A stretch of 64,000 bases of DNA from Schmidtea polychroa (taxonomy: Eukaryota), in contig CM097885.1 of the NCBI GenBank assembly GCA_044892525.1, forward strand, positions 10,976,001 through 11,040,000, written 5' to 3'. The notes beneath the pieces are model-generated. The model was not told the origin of the DNA and searched no databases. It saw only the letters and a list, made by a program, of their open reading frames with translations. Below are positions 1 to 8,369 of this stretch, piece by piece; position 1 is the first letter of the stretch, and each line of letters starts with the position of its first letter. Position numbers and translations under genes: made by a program.

Positions 1-94
1 TCATAGGAAAAACTTCCTCAAATGCCCCAAATTCTATTACAGCCTGGGGCGATGGTCTATCAAATATACATAATTCAGATTTACCACAAATCAT
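1..94 (-). CDS. Polinton major capsid protein (double jelly-roll), N-terminal 31 codons; continues beyond window start
   Basis: Hand translation from ATG at 94: MICGKSELCIFDRPSPQAVIEFGAFEEVFPM, matching the CxKSELxxFxxPxxQ N-terminus of Polinton MCPs. ATG overlaps the TGA of the upstream ORF (ATGA, 91-94). Not in the ORF track. Confidence 0.8.
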   Translation of the reverse strand, partial: MICGKSELCIFDRPSPQAVIEFGAFEEVFPM

Positions 95-453
95 TTTGCA
101 AATATAGTTCCATGTCCTTTCATTCGTTTGTTTATACGTGATATTCCATGTCTTTTACGTTTTGGAGCTGGACCTGGAGGCGTATCTTTTTGAAACATAC
201 CTGCAACCCCTGGTAAAACTTTCCCTAATTCAGCTAAAGCATTTGTTTTTAGAGATGGTAATATTTTCTGTTCATTCATAATAACATCTTTTGCAGTTTT
301 CATACCAAAACTACCAATACGTTTAAGAATAGGCAATGCAAATCTACCAATTGTTCTCAACCATCCCGATCCGTACTGTTTACCAATAAAATATGGTAAT
401 TCACCGCCAGATTGGCTATCACTATACATACTAATAATATCAGAATTAGCCAT
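91..453 (-). CDS. Polinton small virion protein with QxGxG motifs and an amphipathic cationic helix (adenovirus pVI/core-like)
   Basis: QSGG and QYGSG motifs followed by WLRTIGRFALPILKRIGSFG; basic C-terminus; sits between the minor and major capsid genes as in other Polintons. Confidence 0.75.
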   Translation of the reverse strand: MANSDIISMYSDSQSGGELPYFIGKQYGSGWLRTIGRFALPILKRIGSFGMKTAKDVIMNEQKILPSLKTNALAELGKVLPGVAGMFQKDTPPGPAPKRKRHGISRINKRMKGHGTIFAK

Positions 454-1513
454 CTACTTTACGAAAATGTAATGTCAAATGAGTTTTTGAACCTTTTGGA
501 AAGTTTATAAGTTTTCCACTATCATCACGAATATTTATTTCTATATTGTTTATACATGAACTTGCTATTGGTAAATACATGGGATTATCGATATTTATAT
601 TGACAACTTCATCATGTTCATATTTTCCAATCCATACCGATTTCAAAAGAGGAACACTGGAATCACCAACAATTATGGGCTCGATAATGTTAGTATATAT
701 GAACATTTGTTGATGATGTTCTAGTATTCTTGGTTTGCGTATACCAGTCGATTTTTCTCTATATATTTGCTTATCTAATCCAAGTGAATTTGCCAAATTT
801 TTATCAAATGTAACTTCGCAAATATCCTCATTCAAACTGAAGGTAAACATCAAATCTTTCACAATTTCCAAATTTTTAAATATGTGTGAACAATTGAACT
901 TTAAATATTTAAGTAATACATCAAGTTTATCAAAATATAATTCATCAGCAAAGATGAATGATTCTTCAACTTCATCGTTATACGACACAGATATTTTGAT
1001 TTCTTCTTTCACTATACTGTTTGCTTCAAATAGATTAAAACGTAATAAATACTCGGTCTCCATAACAATATTTTTCAGCTTATTGCAACCCATTCGTTTG
1101 GCATCTTCAATAGTTTCGAATGTTATTGTAAATGGTTTAAAATCACAACTGATATTTAATCCATTCTTGTAAAATATATAGCAATGCGAATCTAATATTT
1201 GGTTCAGAATATGATATGTTTTATCATAATTACTAATAATAAAGATACCGCTACATGTTTTCACAATATTCCTTTTGAAATCAATCTTACATTGACTATA
1301 AAATGGGAATGTGTTGTACACGAATGTAAAATCTTGCAGTGCAACTTCCCAGTCACCATTTAAAGAAATCGGATTCTGGAGATTGACCATAAATTTACTG
1401 GCTTGATTGTCTGGATGAATTAATGGGCAACTATTGCTCGGTAAAATAGTATAAAAATTCACTTTACTAGGTCCTTTGCTGATATCCATGACGGGTTTTG
1501 ATAACCATGCCAT
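446..1513 (-). CDS. Polinton minor capsid (penton) protein; ancestral start probably at 1462
   Basis: N-terminal FYTILPSNS...PDN..SKF.V.L.NPI.L.GDWEVAL and C-terminal FIYTNII...IVGD...PLL...YLP...I.I.IRDD.G..INF...LHFRK motifs typical of Polinton mCP. The conserved part begins at GTG 1462, which overlaps the integrase TGA. Confidence 0.88.
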   Translation of the reverse strand: MAWLSKPVMDISKGPSKVNFYTILPSNSCPLIHPDNQASKFMVNLQNPISLNGDWEVALQDFTFVYNTFPFYSQCKIDFKRNIVKTCSGIFIISNYDKTYHILNQILDSHCYIFYKNGLNISCDFKPFTITFETIEDAKRMGCNKLKNIVMETEYLLRFNLFEANSIVKEEIKISVSYNDEVEESFIFADELYFDKLDVLLKYLKFNCSHIFKNLEIVKDLMFTFSLNEDICEVTFDKNLANSLGLDKQIYREKSTGIRKPRILEHHQQMFIYTNIIEPIIVGDSSVPLLKSVWIGKYEHDEVVNINIDNPMYLPIASSCINNIEINIRDDSGKLINFPKGSKTHLTLHFRKVDG

Positions 1514-2088
1514 TTGACATAGTATTGTTTATCCTTGCCGACCTTTTTAGTTTTCAATAATTTTTGAATTCTAAATACCTTTGGAGGAGGAATGACTTGT
1601 AATTCCTGCTCATAAAATTTCCCTTGTACAATATTATTATCACTGTCTTTGATGACATACATTACAGGATTCTGTTTAGTATTTATTTTTGAAATTACAA
1701 AGACTTCATCACTCCAATTTGTATCAAAATTTTTAATAAATGGTGATGCACTAATTTTACTAATTCTAACATGATCACCGACTTTATATTTAGGTTTTGC
1801 AATTTTTACAGATTTCTAAGAATAGAATGTTTTTGATGTAATATCAACCGGTCTTAATCCATTCAGTCCTCGGTGTGATGAATGATTATAACTTGTTATT
1901 ATTTTCGGTAAAGCATTTACCCATTTTTTATTACCTTGATACACGAACAATTTCTTTAATCTATCTCTCAATGTTCGATTAAATCTTTCAACATGGGCAG
2001 CTTTGTATTGAGAATGTACCGAGTAGTGATTTATTTTCAGTTTATCGAGGACTTGCTTAACTTTGCTATTGTAGAATTCTTTACCTAA

Positions 2089-2159
<71 letters not shown>

Positions 2160-2562
2160 TAATAATAATAATACCCAAATCTGTTTGCAAGTTATTAGGA
2201 TGTCCATCTTTAAATAAAATATTAATTGCCTTTGACATTTCATCTGCAGATTTTGCCTTGACTGGTATTGCTCGTGCAAACCTGCTGTATACATTAATAC
2301 ATGTTAAAATATATTTATTCCCATTGTTAATTTTCGAATACGGTATCATCTCCATCAAATCCATTTGCCATAAATCGTCAATACCAAATGTTTTATACGC
2401 TCTTGTTGGAAATCTTTTCCGCATTGGTTTGTTCAAACTGTACGCAAGCTGATCTGATAACCACTTCTGGGTTTCTTTTTTCGAATTCGGAACTCTTTTC
2501 TTTAATTTTGCCACTCCACCGAAACCGGCTTCGTCTTCTGGGTTCGTCCAAATCTTCTCCAT
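1459..2562 (-). pseudogene. Polinton retroviral-like (rve) integrase with C-terminal chromodomain; one 90-nt intron and one premature TAG
   Basis: DDE motifs WQMDL, QTDLG|KEF and VERFNRT. After the TAG at 1816-1818 the same frame continues (KPKYKVGDHVRISK...NWSDEVF) into ORF 1459..1662, which has the chromodomain motif QYYVKWHGY...SWI. Confidence 0.92.
2085..2174 (-). other. 90-nt phase-1 GT-AG intron filled by (ATT)n inside the integrase
   Basis: TTG G|GTATTATT...ATTTTAG|GT AAA GAA TTC. Removing it converts the poly-Ile tract back to the conserved QTDLGKEFYN motif. Confidence 0.8.
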
Positions 2563-2620
2563 TACAGCAAGAAGATTTAAAATTAAAATTTAAATTAGGT
2601 AATGAAGGATTAGCACCCAT
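2393..2620 (-). CDS. Putative small N-myristoylated (and possibly palmitoylated) protein overprinting the integrase 5' end
   Basis: Starts MGANPS (MGxxxS), contains SSCC and a basic RRRSRFRW patch. ATG is in strong context (ACAATGG), 3 nt after the stop of ORF 2624..3157. Confidence 0.5.
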   Translation of the reverse strand: MGANPSLPNLNFNFKSSCCNGEDLDEPRRRSRFRWSGKIKEKSSEFEKRNPEVVIRSACVQFEQTNAEKISNKSV

Positions 2621-2623
2621 TGT

Positions 2624-3157
2624 TTATGATTGATTTCCTACAACTCCACCTAATAATGATAATGCCAGAGGTATCAATGCACCAATAAATCCACCTTGTT
2701 GTTTATATATAATTTTCCTCATTTGCTTACGATTTTTATTATTTACTAATGATAACAAAGGTTTCCTATGTTTGCTCAATAAATGCTTTTTTGATTTACT
2801 GATTTTAATTTTGCCTTTGACTACTTTAAGTATAATATTGAGTAAATCATCGACAACAAAATTTGGGAATGATTGCAATATATTCATTCTTTTCATACTC
2901 GGGGCCTTTAACAATGCATTAAAAAATGGAAAACTGCGATGATTTTTAATTACTTTTTTACCGGCTTTACGGGTTTTACGGGTTTCACGTTTAGGTTTAG
3001 GATTTTTCGAAATAAGATTCATTGCAGAGAAATTTTCAGTTACAAGTTTTTTAGATGGTGTATAACTAGTTGTTGGTGGAACCTTTTGAACTTTAATACT
3101 CTTTTTAATACTTTTTCTTAATTTCCTAATATTTTTCACCCTTGCTTTTAGAAACAT
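2624..3157 (-). CDS. Polinton basic (K/R-rich) core-like protein with C-terminal QQGG-F hydrophobic tail
   Basis: Highly basic 177 aa ORF ending KQQGGFIGALIPLALSLLGG, a pattern seen in Polinton virion ORFs; lies between the ATPase and the integrase. Confidence 0.75.
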   Translation of the reverse strand: MFLKARVKNIRKLRKSIKKSIKVQKVPPTTSYTPSKKLVTENFSAMNLISKNPKPKRETRKTRKAGKKVIKNHRSFPFFNALLKAPSMKRMNILQSFPNFVVDDLLNIILKVVKGKIKISKSKKHLLSKHRKPLLSLVNNKNRKQMRKIIYKQQGGFIGALIPLALSLLGGVVGNQS

Positions 3158-3175
3158 TATTATTCATAGAGGTTT

Positions 3176-3802
3176 TCAACTTTGTTTATAAACCATGGCA
3201 CCTTTTGGGTTGAAAATATCTGTTTTTACTCGTAAATCATCGGGACATTGTTGTGTGAAATCAAGAAATATATATCCATGAGGTATTTTTGTAGCATCTT
3301 GAAATGCACTGATAAGAAAATTACGATTGTTAGGGTATGCTTGACGTGCAAGAAAATCAATCACTGTTGCATCTCTAGGATTCTTGAAAATAACTAAATA
3401 TTGTACATTTAAATTACGTGTTCGATGTGCACCACCTTGATGAAATAGATTTTGAGTTATAAAAATAACAGTTACACCAACGTGTCTACTGATTTTGGTA
3501 AATAAATTATTGAAATTCTTTTCTTTATTAGCTTCTTGATACAAGTCATCAATAATTATGAAATCCCCCTTCTTTAGTCTACTGGACCAATTTTTATCAA
3601 ATCCCTCTACTATTTTCATATTTTTCAATTTACAGAAACTTGATTGAGTCAATCCGTGTTCTTGATCAGCACCTCGATGCCAATACATTTTGTTAAATTT
3701 TGATTCAAATAAATGTGATTTTAGTAATTTGCAAACAAACAAAGTTTTGCAGCTACCACTTGGTCCGACTATTTGATATACAGCATCATTTCTTAGTTCC
3801 AT
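3176..3802 (-). CDS. A32/FtsK-like genome packaging ATPase (Walker A Gly mutated to Cys)
   Basis: GPSGSCKT (canonical GPSGSGKT), Walker B FIIIDD, SRH...VIFITQNLF, FKNPRD and PHGY.F.D motifs. Confidence 0.92.
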   Translation of the reverse strand: MELRNDAVYQIVGPSGSCKTLFVCKLLKSHLFESKFNKMYWHRGADQEHGLTQSSFCKLKNMKIVEGFDKNWSSRLKKGDFIIIDDLYQEANKEKNFNNLFTKISRHVGVTVIFITQNLFHQGGAHRTRNLNVQYLVIFKNPRDATVIDFLARQAYPNNRNFLISAFQDATKIPHGYIFLDFTQQCPDDLRVKTDIFNPKGAMVYKQS

Positions 3803-3871
3803 TTTTAATATTTATTTAAAAATTAATTTTGTTTATATCGTAAAGAATAAATTGATTTAATTACTCTATAA

Positions 3872-4565
3872 CAACGGTGGGCAAATGCGGCTCTTCGTTG
3901 AGTAAACTGCGGCTCATTGATAATTGAATTCTTGATAATCGAATTCGATTTTATAAATCTACATTTGCATTTTTTGTGAACCCATTTATTTGTGATATTA
4001 TTGAAGATGGATTTCCAATTTCTGAAGTAATACTTGTTAAAAAAGCGGTTGGGGAATTGGAGTTATTAGATATGAAAGAGGACCAGGCTTTGCAAATGCA
4101 CCATAAATCTACTTCTATAGTTGAATTTTGGAAACTCGTACCAGAGGCAAAATATCCACACTTAAAACAAGCTGCTTGCCGTCTAATTTCAATTTTTGGT
4201 ACAACATATTGTTGTGAATCTTTGTACTCCACAATGAAGTTCGTAAAGTCGAAATATTGTTCACAGTTGACCAATCAGCATCTTACAGAATTGCCGCGAA
4301 CAGCTTTAACAAAGTATACACCAAATTTCAAAGATTTGACCAAAAGTCTTCGTTAATTCAAGAAATTTTATTACTTTTTATTAATGGATTTTTATGTTTG
4401 TTACTTAATGTTTGAAATAATTATTTTGTTTTTTTTTTAATAGCGTTTAAGTCTCTTTAATCAAATTAATGAAATAAAAAAAAATATGTACTTTACTATG
4501 GTGGCTCTGTAAAAAATAAATTTTCGGAAAATGGCTCTTATTGAACCCATGCGTGCCCACCCTTG
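3872..4565 (+). mobile_element. Non-autonomous hAT (SPIN/Charlie, GTF2IRD2-like) element nested in the Polinton
   Basis: Perfect 8-bp TSD CTCTATAA (3864-3871 and 4566-4573); TIRs CAACGGTGGGCA / CAAGGGTGGGCA. ORF 3976..4356 encodes only the hAT dimerisation region (FW...YP.LK..A..LISIFGTTYCCE..YS.MK). Confidence 0.92.
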
Positions 4566-4576
4566 CTCTATAATAT

Positions 4577-4619
<43 letters not shown>

Positions 4620-4644
4620 TTGATTTTTTAAATATTCAGTAGAA

Positions 4645-5157
4645 ATGTTGACAAATATTAATTATAGAGGTCGTGTGTCTTTGGAAACTGTTGGTATGAT
4701 GAATTTCCCCAAGTGTAAACCACAACAATATGTTGACAAAACTGGAAAATATACTATTATATTTTTCAAAAATGGTAAATGTCGTATAATGGGTTGTAAG
4801 AAGCCTATCGAATTCGAGAATTTGCAATATAATATCAAAGATATTCAAGTTCAAAGTCTTACTATAGCTACCAAGGTTGAACAATCTATTAATTTGAATA
4901 ATTTAGCAAAGTTATTAGATGGAGATTGTATATATGAGCCTGAATTATTTCCCGCTCTGCGTTATACAAAATATAATCCACTATGTGTTAATATATTTTC
5001 GAGTGGTAAAATAGTTGTACTAGGTATTAAAAATTTAGATTTTCATACTATTGTTGAAGGAATTATAAACGATGTAAAGGATTTGATTGGATCTTTAACA
5101 ATTTCTTCAAATATAAGTAACGAGGATTTGCTTGAATATTTATTCAACAATGATTGA
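4645..5157 (+). CDS. Divergent TATA-binding-protein (TBP)-like protein encoded by the Polinton
   Basis: Two TBP repeats: NIN...IIFFKNGKCRIMGCK and IQVQS...INLNNLA...IYEPELFPALRY...VNIFSSGKIVVLGIK. Intact ORF with no N-terminal extension. Confidence 0.88.
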   Translation: MLTNINYRGRVSLETVGMMNFPKCKPQQYVDKTGKYTIIFFKNGKCRIMGCKKPIEFENLQYNIKDIQVQSLTIATKVEQSINLNNLAKLLDGDCIYEPELFPALRYTKYNPLCVNIFSSGKIVVLGIKNLDFHTIVEGIINDVKDLIGSLTISSNISNEDLLEYLFNND

Positions 5158-5518
5158 ACATGAAGGTAACTGTTTTTATTTTAAATTTACTGATTTTTGT
5201 TTAGAAACTATACTAAAAATTTTGATTGATAAAATTGAAGATTTTTATCCGAATTTGAACAATTCCTTAATGTATTGTGCTCCAGAAGTTGTGTTTTACA
5301 AAATTTATGAAATAACTGGAATAAATGTAATAGATTTAATTCATATGGATCATGCTACGATTACATGTTATACCGATGATGTTGAAAATTGTGATTTTTG
5401 TAAAAATAATATGCAGAATACTTGTGGGGATGATAGTTGTACATGTTTTGTAAATCTACAGAAACGAGAAATAATTCATGCATTACTTGTGGAATTGCGA
5501 AAAAATGTATTGTTGTAA
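5150..5518 (+). CDS. Uncharacterised Cys-rich Polinton protein
   Basis: ATG at 5150 overlaps the TBP stop (ATGATTGA). Contains a CDFC...TC...SCTC cluster. AATAAA overlaps its stop (5517-5522). Confidence 0.65.
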   Translation: MIEHEGNCFYFKFTDFCLETILKILIDKIEDFYPNLNNSLMYCAPEVVFYKIYEITGINVIDLIHMDHATITCYTDDVENCDFCKNNMQNTCGDDSCTCFVNLQKREIIHALLVELRKNVLL

Positions 5519-5678
5519 TAAAATATAATTATATTTGTTTTGTGATAACCTTAATTAACCTATAATATTTCTTTGTGTACAATAAATCATTTCAGACTTT
5601 GTTATTTAGCATAAAATGAACTAGTTGATCACGTTTTGATCATGCCTGTCACTTGAAACTTGTTTACAATGAAATTAG

Positions 5679-5685
5679 TATAAAA
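5679..5685 (+). promoter_or_regulatory. Candidate TATA box of the three-exon gene
   Basis: TATAAAA ending 35 nt upstream of ATG 5721; the AT-rich background lowers specificity. Confidence 0.35.
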
Positions 5686-5720
5686 TATCTGGTTCAAATT
5701 ATTAAATATTATAACTACAA

Positions 5721-6315
5721 ATGGATAATCAAATTACAGGTTTGTTGTCGTTTACACATATTCCATTTAGTAGTTTTTTAATCTAGGAGTTTTGAAGAGA
5801 AAAAATGCAGATGCCGCTCAGGAATTCGGAAAAAGGAAATTTAAAGAAGCGACATTATCCACGGAAACCTTGGTCAATGTTCGAGTGGATACAAAAAAGC
5901 CAGTCGAATTCATGCAATACAAACTAAATTATTTGTATTGTCCAATTTCCTATACATTTAAGGTAAGTTTCTATAAATTATTTTGGATTTTATTATTATT
6001 ATTATTTATTGTTAGGAACCAGTAACTCTGGAAAAATGTTTCTACAATGTGAGACTTTCCAAAATCAAGTTTCACGACAAGATGCTATTGGGACAATTAT
6101 TTCAGAGGATCAATGAAAATATTGAATTTGATGATGAAGATATGTTCATTAGAAACGATTTGGATATGATTCCCAATGGTGGTAAGATGAGCAAAATAAC
6201 CTGCATGGTTACCATATTAATTCAAGGGTATAATGTAAGCAGAGACCGAATCAAACCAATTTGGAAAATTATAAAAGCCGAAGATAAGTTTGAAGAGGAA
6301 CATTGTTCATGTTAA
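5721..6315 (+). CDS. Three-exon Polinton gene (exons 5721-5739, 5787-5962, 6016-6315; 164 aa), possibly an OB-fold ssDNA-binding protein
   Basis: Introns 5740-5786 (GTTTGT...TCTAG, 47 nt) and 5963-6015 (GTAAGT...GTTAG, 53 nt) join ATG 5721 and ORFs 5792.. and 6049.. in one frame with no stops. The product assignment is inference only. Confidence 0.75.
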
Positions 6316-6387
6316 ATTTATTTAATACATCTTTATTAGTGTTTTGGTGTTTTTAAATCATTGAAAATAACTAAAGTTTTAAATTTA

Positions 6388-6778
6388 TTAATCTTCAATA
6401 CAATCTCTTTTCATTATATTTTCAACAATATGATCAATACAATTAGTAAAAACAATAGATTCATCTTCTTGTTTAGATTCATTTGGTAATTTATCTGTTG
6501 TAGAATTCTCAATACATGACTTAAGTTCTTCACTAGGCAAATCAGTATATTCATCTTCTTGCTGGGAAATACTTTCAGATTCATATGACATATCATCTTC
6601 ATTAATTTCATCGTCTGAATACGGCCATTTTAATTTCTCTGGAACATTCATAAATTCTCTAATTTTTACATTAGATATTTCCTCTAATTTTTCAATCAAA
6701 AAATTGATTATATATGCTAAATAAAAAAAAAAAAAGAATTAATAAACATAAAATTCATATTTTACCTTTTTCCGACAT
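6388..6778 (-). CDS. Two-exon acidic Polinton protein (exons 6778-6766 and 6716-6388; 113 aa)
   Basis: ATG TCG GAA AAA G|GTAAAA...TTTTATTTAG|CA TAT ATA: a 49-nt intron (6765-6717) supplies an ATG in frame with ORF 6388..6699. Confidence 0.65.
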
Positions 6779-7132
6779 GGTTGAAAATAATTAAAATGAA
6801 AAAATAATTATGTTTATACTATTATTCAAAAGCAACAAGATGATCGATAGATAGATTATAAGAAAATTAGATATTTCAACACGATACATATAATAAAAAG
6901 ACAAGCAAACTTGCAATGATATTTAACGTTTCAGTTTTTACATTTTTTAAAATATTTATTTCAATTATTTCAACAACACAAAAGTGTCAATTTTTTTACT
7001 AATTAATTTTCAGCCTAACCTACAACTTTTCACAAAAATCCAAAAAAAAAAAAAAAAAAAAAAATGAGACCTTTTTAATGAACCATTATTCAATATAATC
7101 TATCGAAAGTAATCCTTAAAATTCAAATTTAA

Positions 7133-7656
7133 AATGTTCGCAAATGTAAAGCATGTTCAATGTATATTAATGAGTATCATACTATAAACATTTATTTCTT
7201 TACCTTTGTTATTAATACTTTGAATATTGTAAATAATAAAACTATGTATCAAATAATAATATTCAAACTAAACCAAATTTACAAACTACCGCGCCAGCCC
7301 CTTCGGGGCGGGCGGCGGACGGGCGGACGGGCGGCGGGCGGCGGGCGGCGGGCGAACGGCTGTTGTGTATGTTACATTTGTAAAGAAAATCAAGTATCGG
7401 TTTTGTTTTTACCTTGCGGACATGTAATTGTATGTTCTAAATGCCATGATTCAAATGTTCGCAAATGTAAAGCATGTTCAATGTATATTAATGAGTATCA
7501 TACTATATACATTTAATAAATATTTATTTCTTTACCTTTGTTATTAATACTCAAAATAATATTCAAACTAAACCAAATTTACAAACTACCGCGCCAGCCC
7601 CTTCGGGGCGGGCGGCGGCGGGCGGCGGGCGGGCGGGCGAACGGCTGTTGTGTATG
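7133..7656. repeat. Imperfect tandem duplication (about 300-320 bp period) containing the RING 3' end and a GC-rich island
   Basis: AATGTTCGCAAATGTAAAGCATG... occurs at about 7133 and 7454; CCGCGCCAGCCCCTTCGGGGCGGGCGG...GAACGGCTGTTGTGTATG occurs at about 7289 and 7589. Confidence 0.85.
7360..7516 (+). pseudogene. IAP/MDM2-type C3HC4 RING finger fragment; N-terminus lost by rearrangement
   Basis: CYICKENQVSVLFLPCGHVIVCSKC...CKAC...I; the in-frame upstream sequence is the GC-rich repeat rather than coding-like DNA. AATAAA lies at the stop. Confidence 0.7.
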
Positions 7657-7779
7657 TCGATGATTTTAATTTTTATTAAATTCATTTGTTTGATTTCAAA
7701 ATTAGATTTGTGTGACGAACCTTGTTAAATTTTTGGTTTGATGTATTCGAGGAAAAAAAAAAATTGTAAAACATTCTTT

Positions 7780-7975
7780 TACTATTTAGTTGGAAAATTT
7801 GGGAAAATAGTTTTGAAAACTTTTTAAAATTTGAAAAATTTTGAGTTGGGAAATTTGGGGAATTTCATTTTTGGGACTTTTTAATTTTTGAAAAAATTTG
7901 AGTTGGGAAAATTGTTTTTGGGAATTTTTAAAATTTGGGAAATTTTTGAGTTGGGAAATTTATTTTGGGGATTGA
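7780..7975. repeat. Polinton-internal tandem repeat, about 50-bp unit
   Basis: Three copies of TTTGAGTTGGGAAA with TTTTTAAAATTT-like spacers. Confidence 0.7.
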
Positions 7976-8019
7976 AAGATTTGTTGAAATGATCAATTTA
8001 CAGTTTGAATAAAAATCAA

Positions 8020-8360
8020 AGTTTTTGACACTTGAGGGTAAGGACTCACCATACATCTTTGAAGGTTTGACCATCACACTCTACTCTCAAATACCTTTTG
8101 AATGATGTATATATATTATAAAGTTTGAAAAAATTCGAAATTTTTTGACCCTTTGAAGGTGAAGGACTCACCATACACCTTTGATTGTATGACCATCATA
8201 CTCACATCTCAATTACCTTTTGAATGACATGTATTATAGAGTTTGAAAAAATTCGAGGGATTTGCACCTTTTGAAGGTTAGGGATTCACCATACACCTTT
8301 GAAGGTATGATCATTGTACTCTACTCTCAAATATCTTTTGAATGATGTATATATTATAGG
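8020..8360. repeat. Polinton-internal tandem repeat, about 120-bp unit x3
   Basis: GGA(C/T)TCACCATACA(C/T)CTTTGA...CTTTTGAATGA.GTAT.TATTATA recurs at about 8041, 8163 and 8281. Confidence 0.85.
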
Positions 8361-8369
8361 GATACATGT

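Noticed and set aside
7160..7516. ORF 7160..7516 as a complete RING gene
   Set aside because: Its N-terminal two-thirds are a duplicated RING tail, 3' UTR and GC-rich repeat read in frame by chance.
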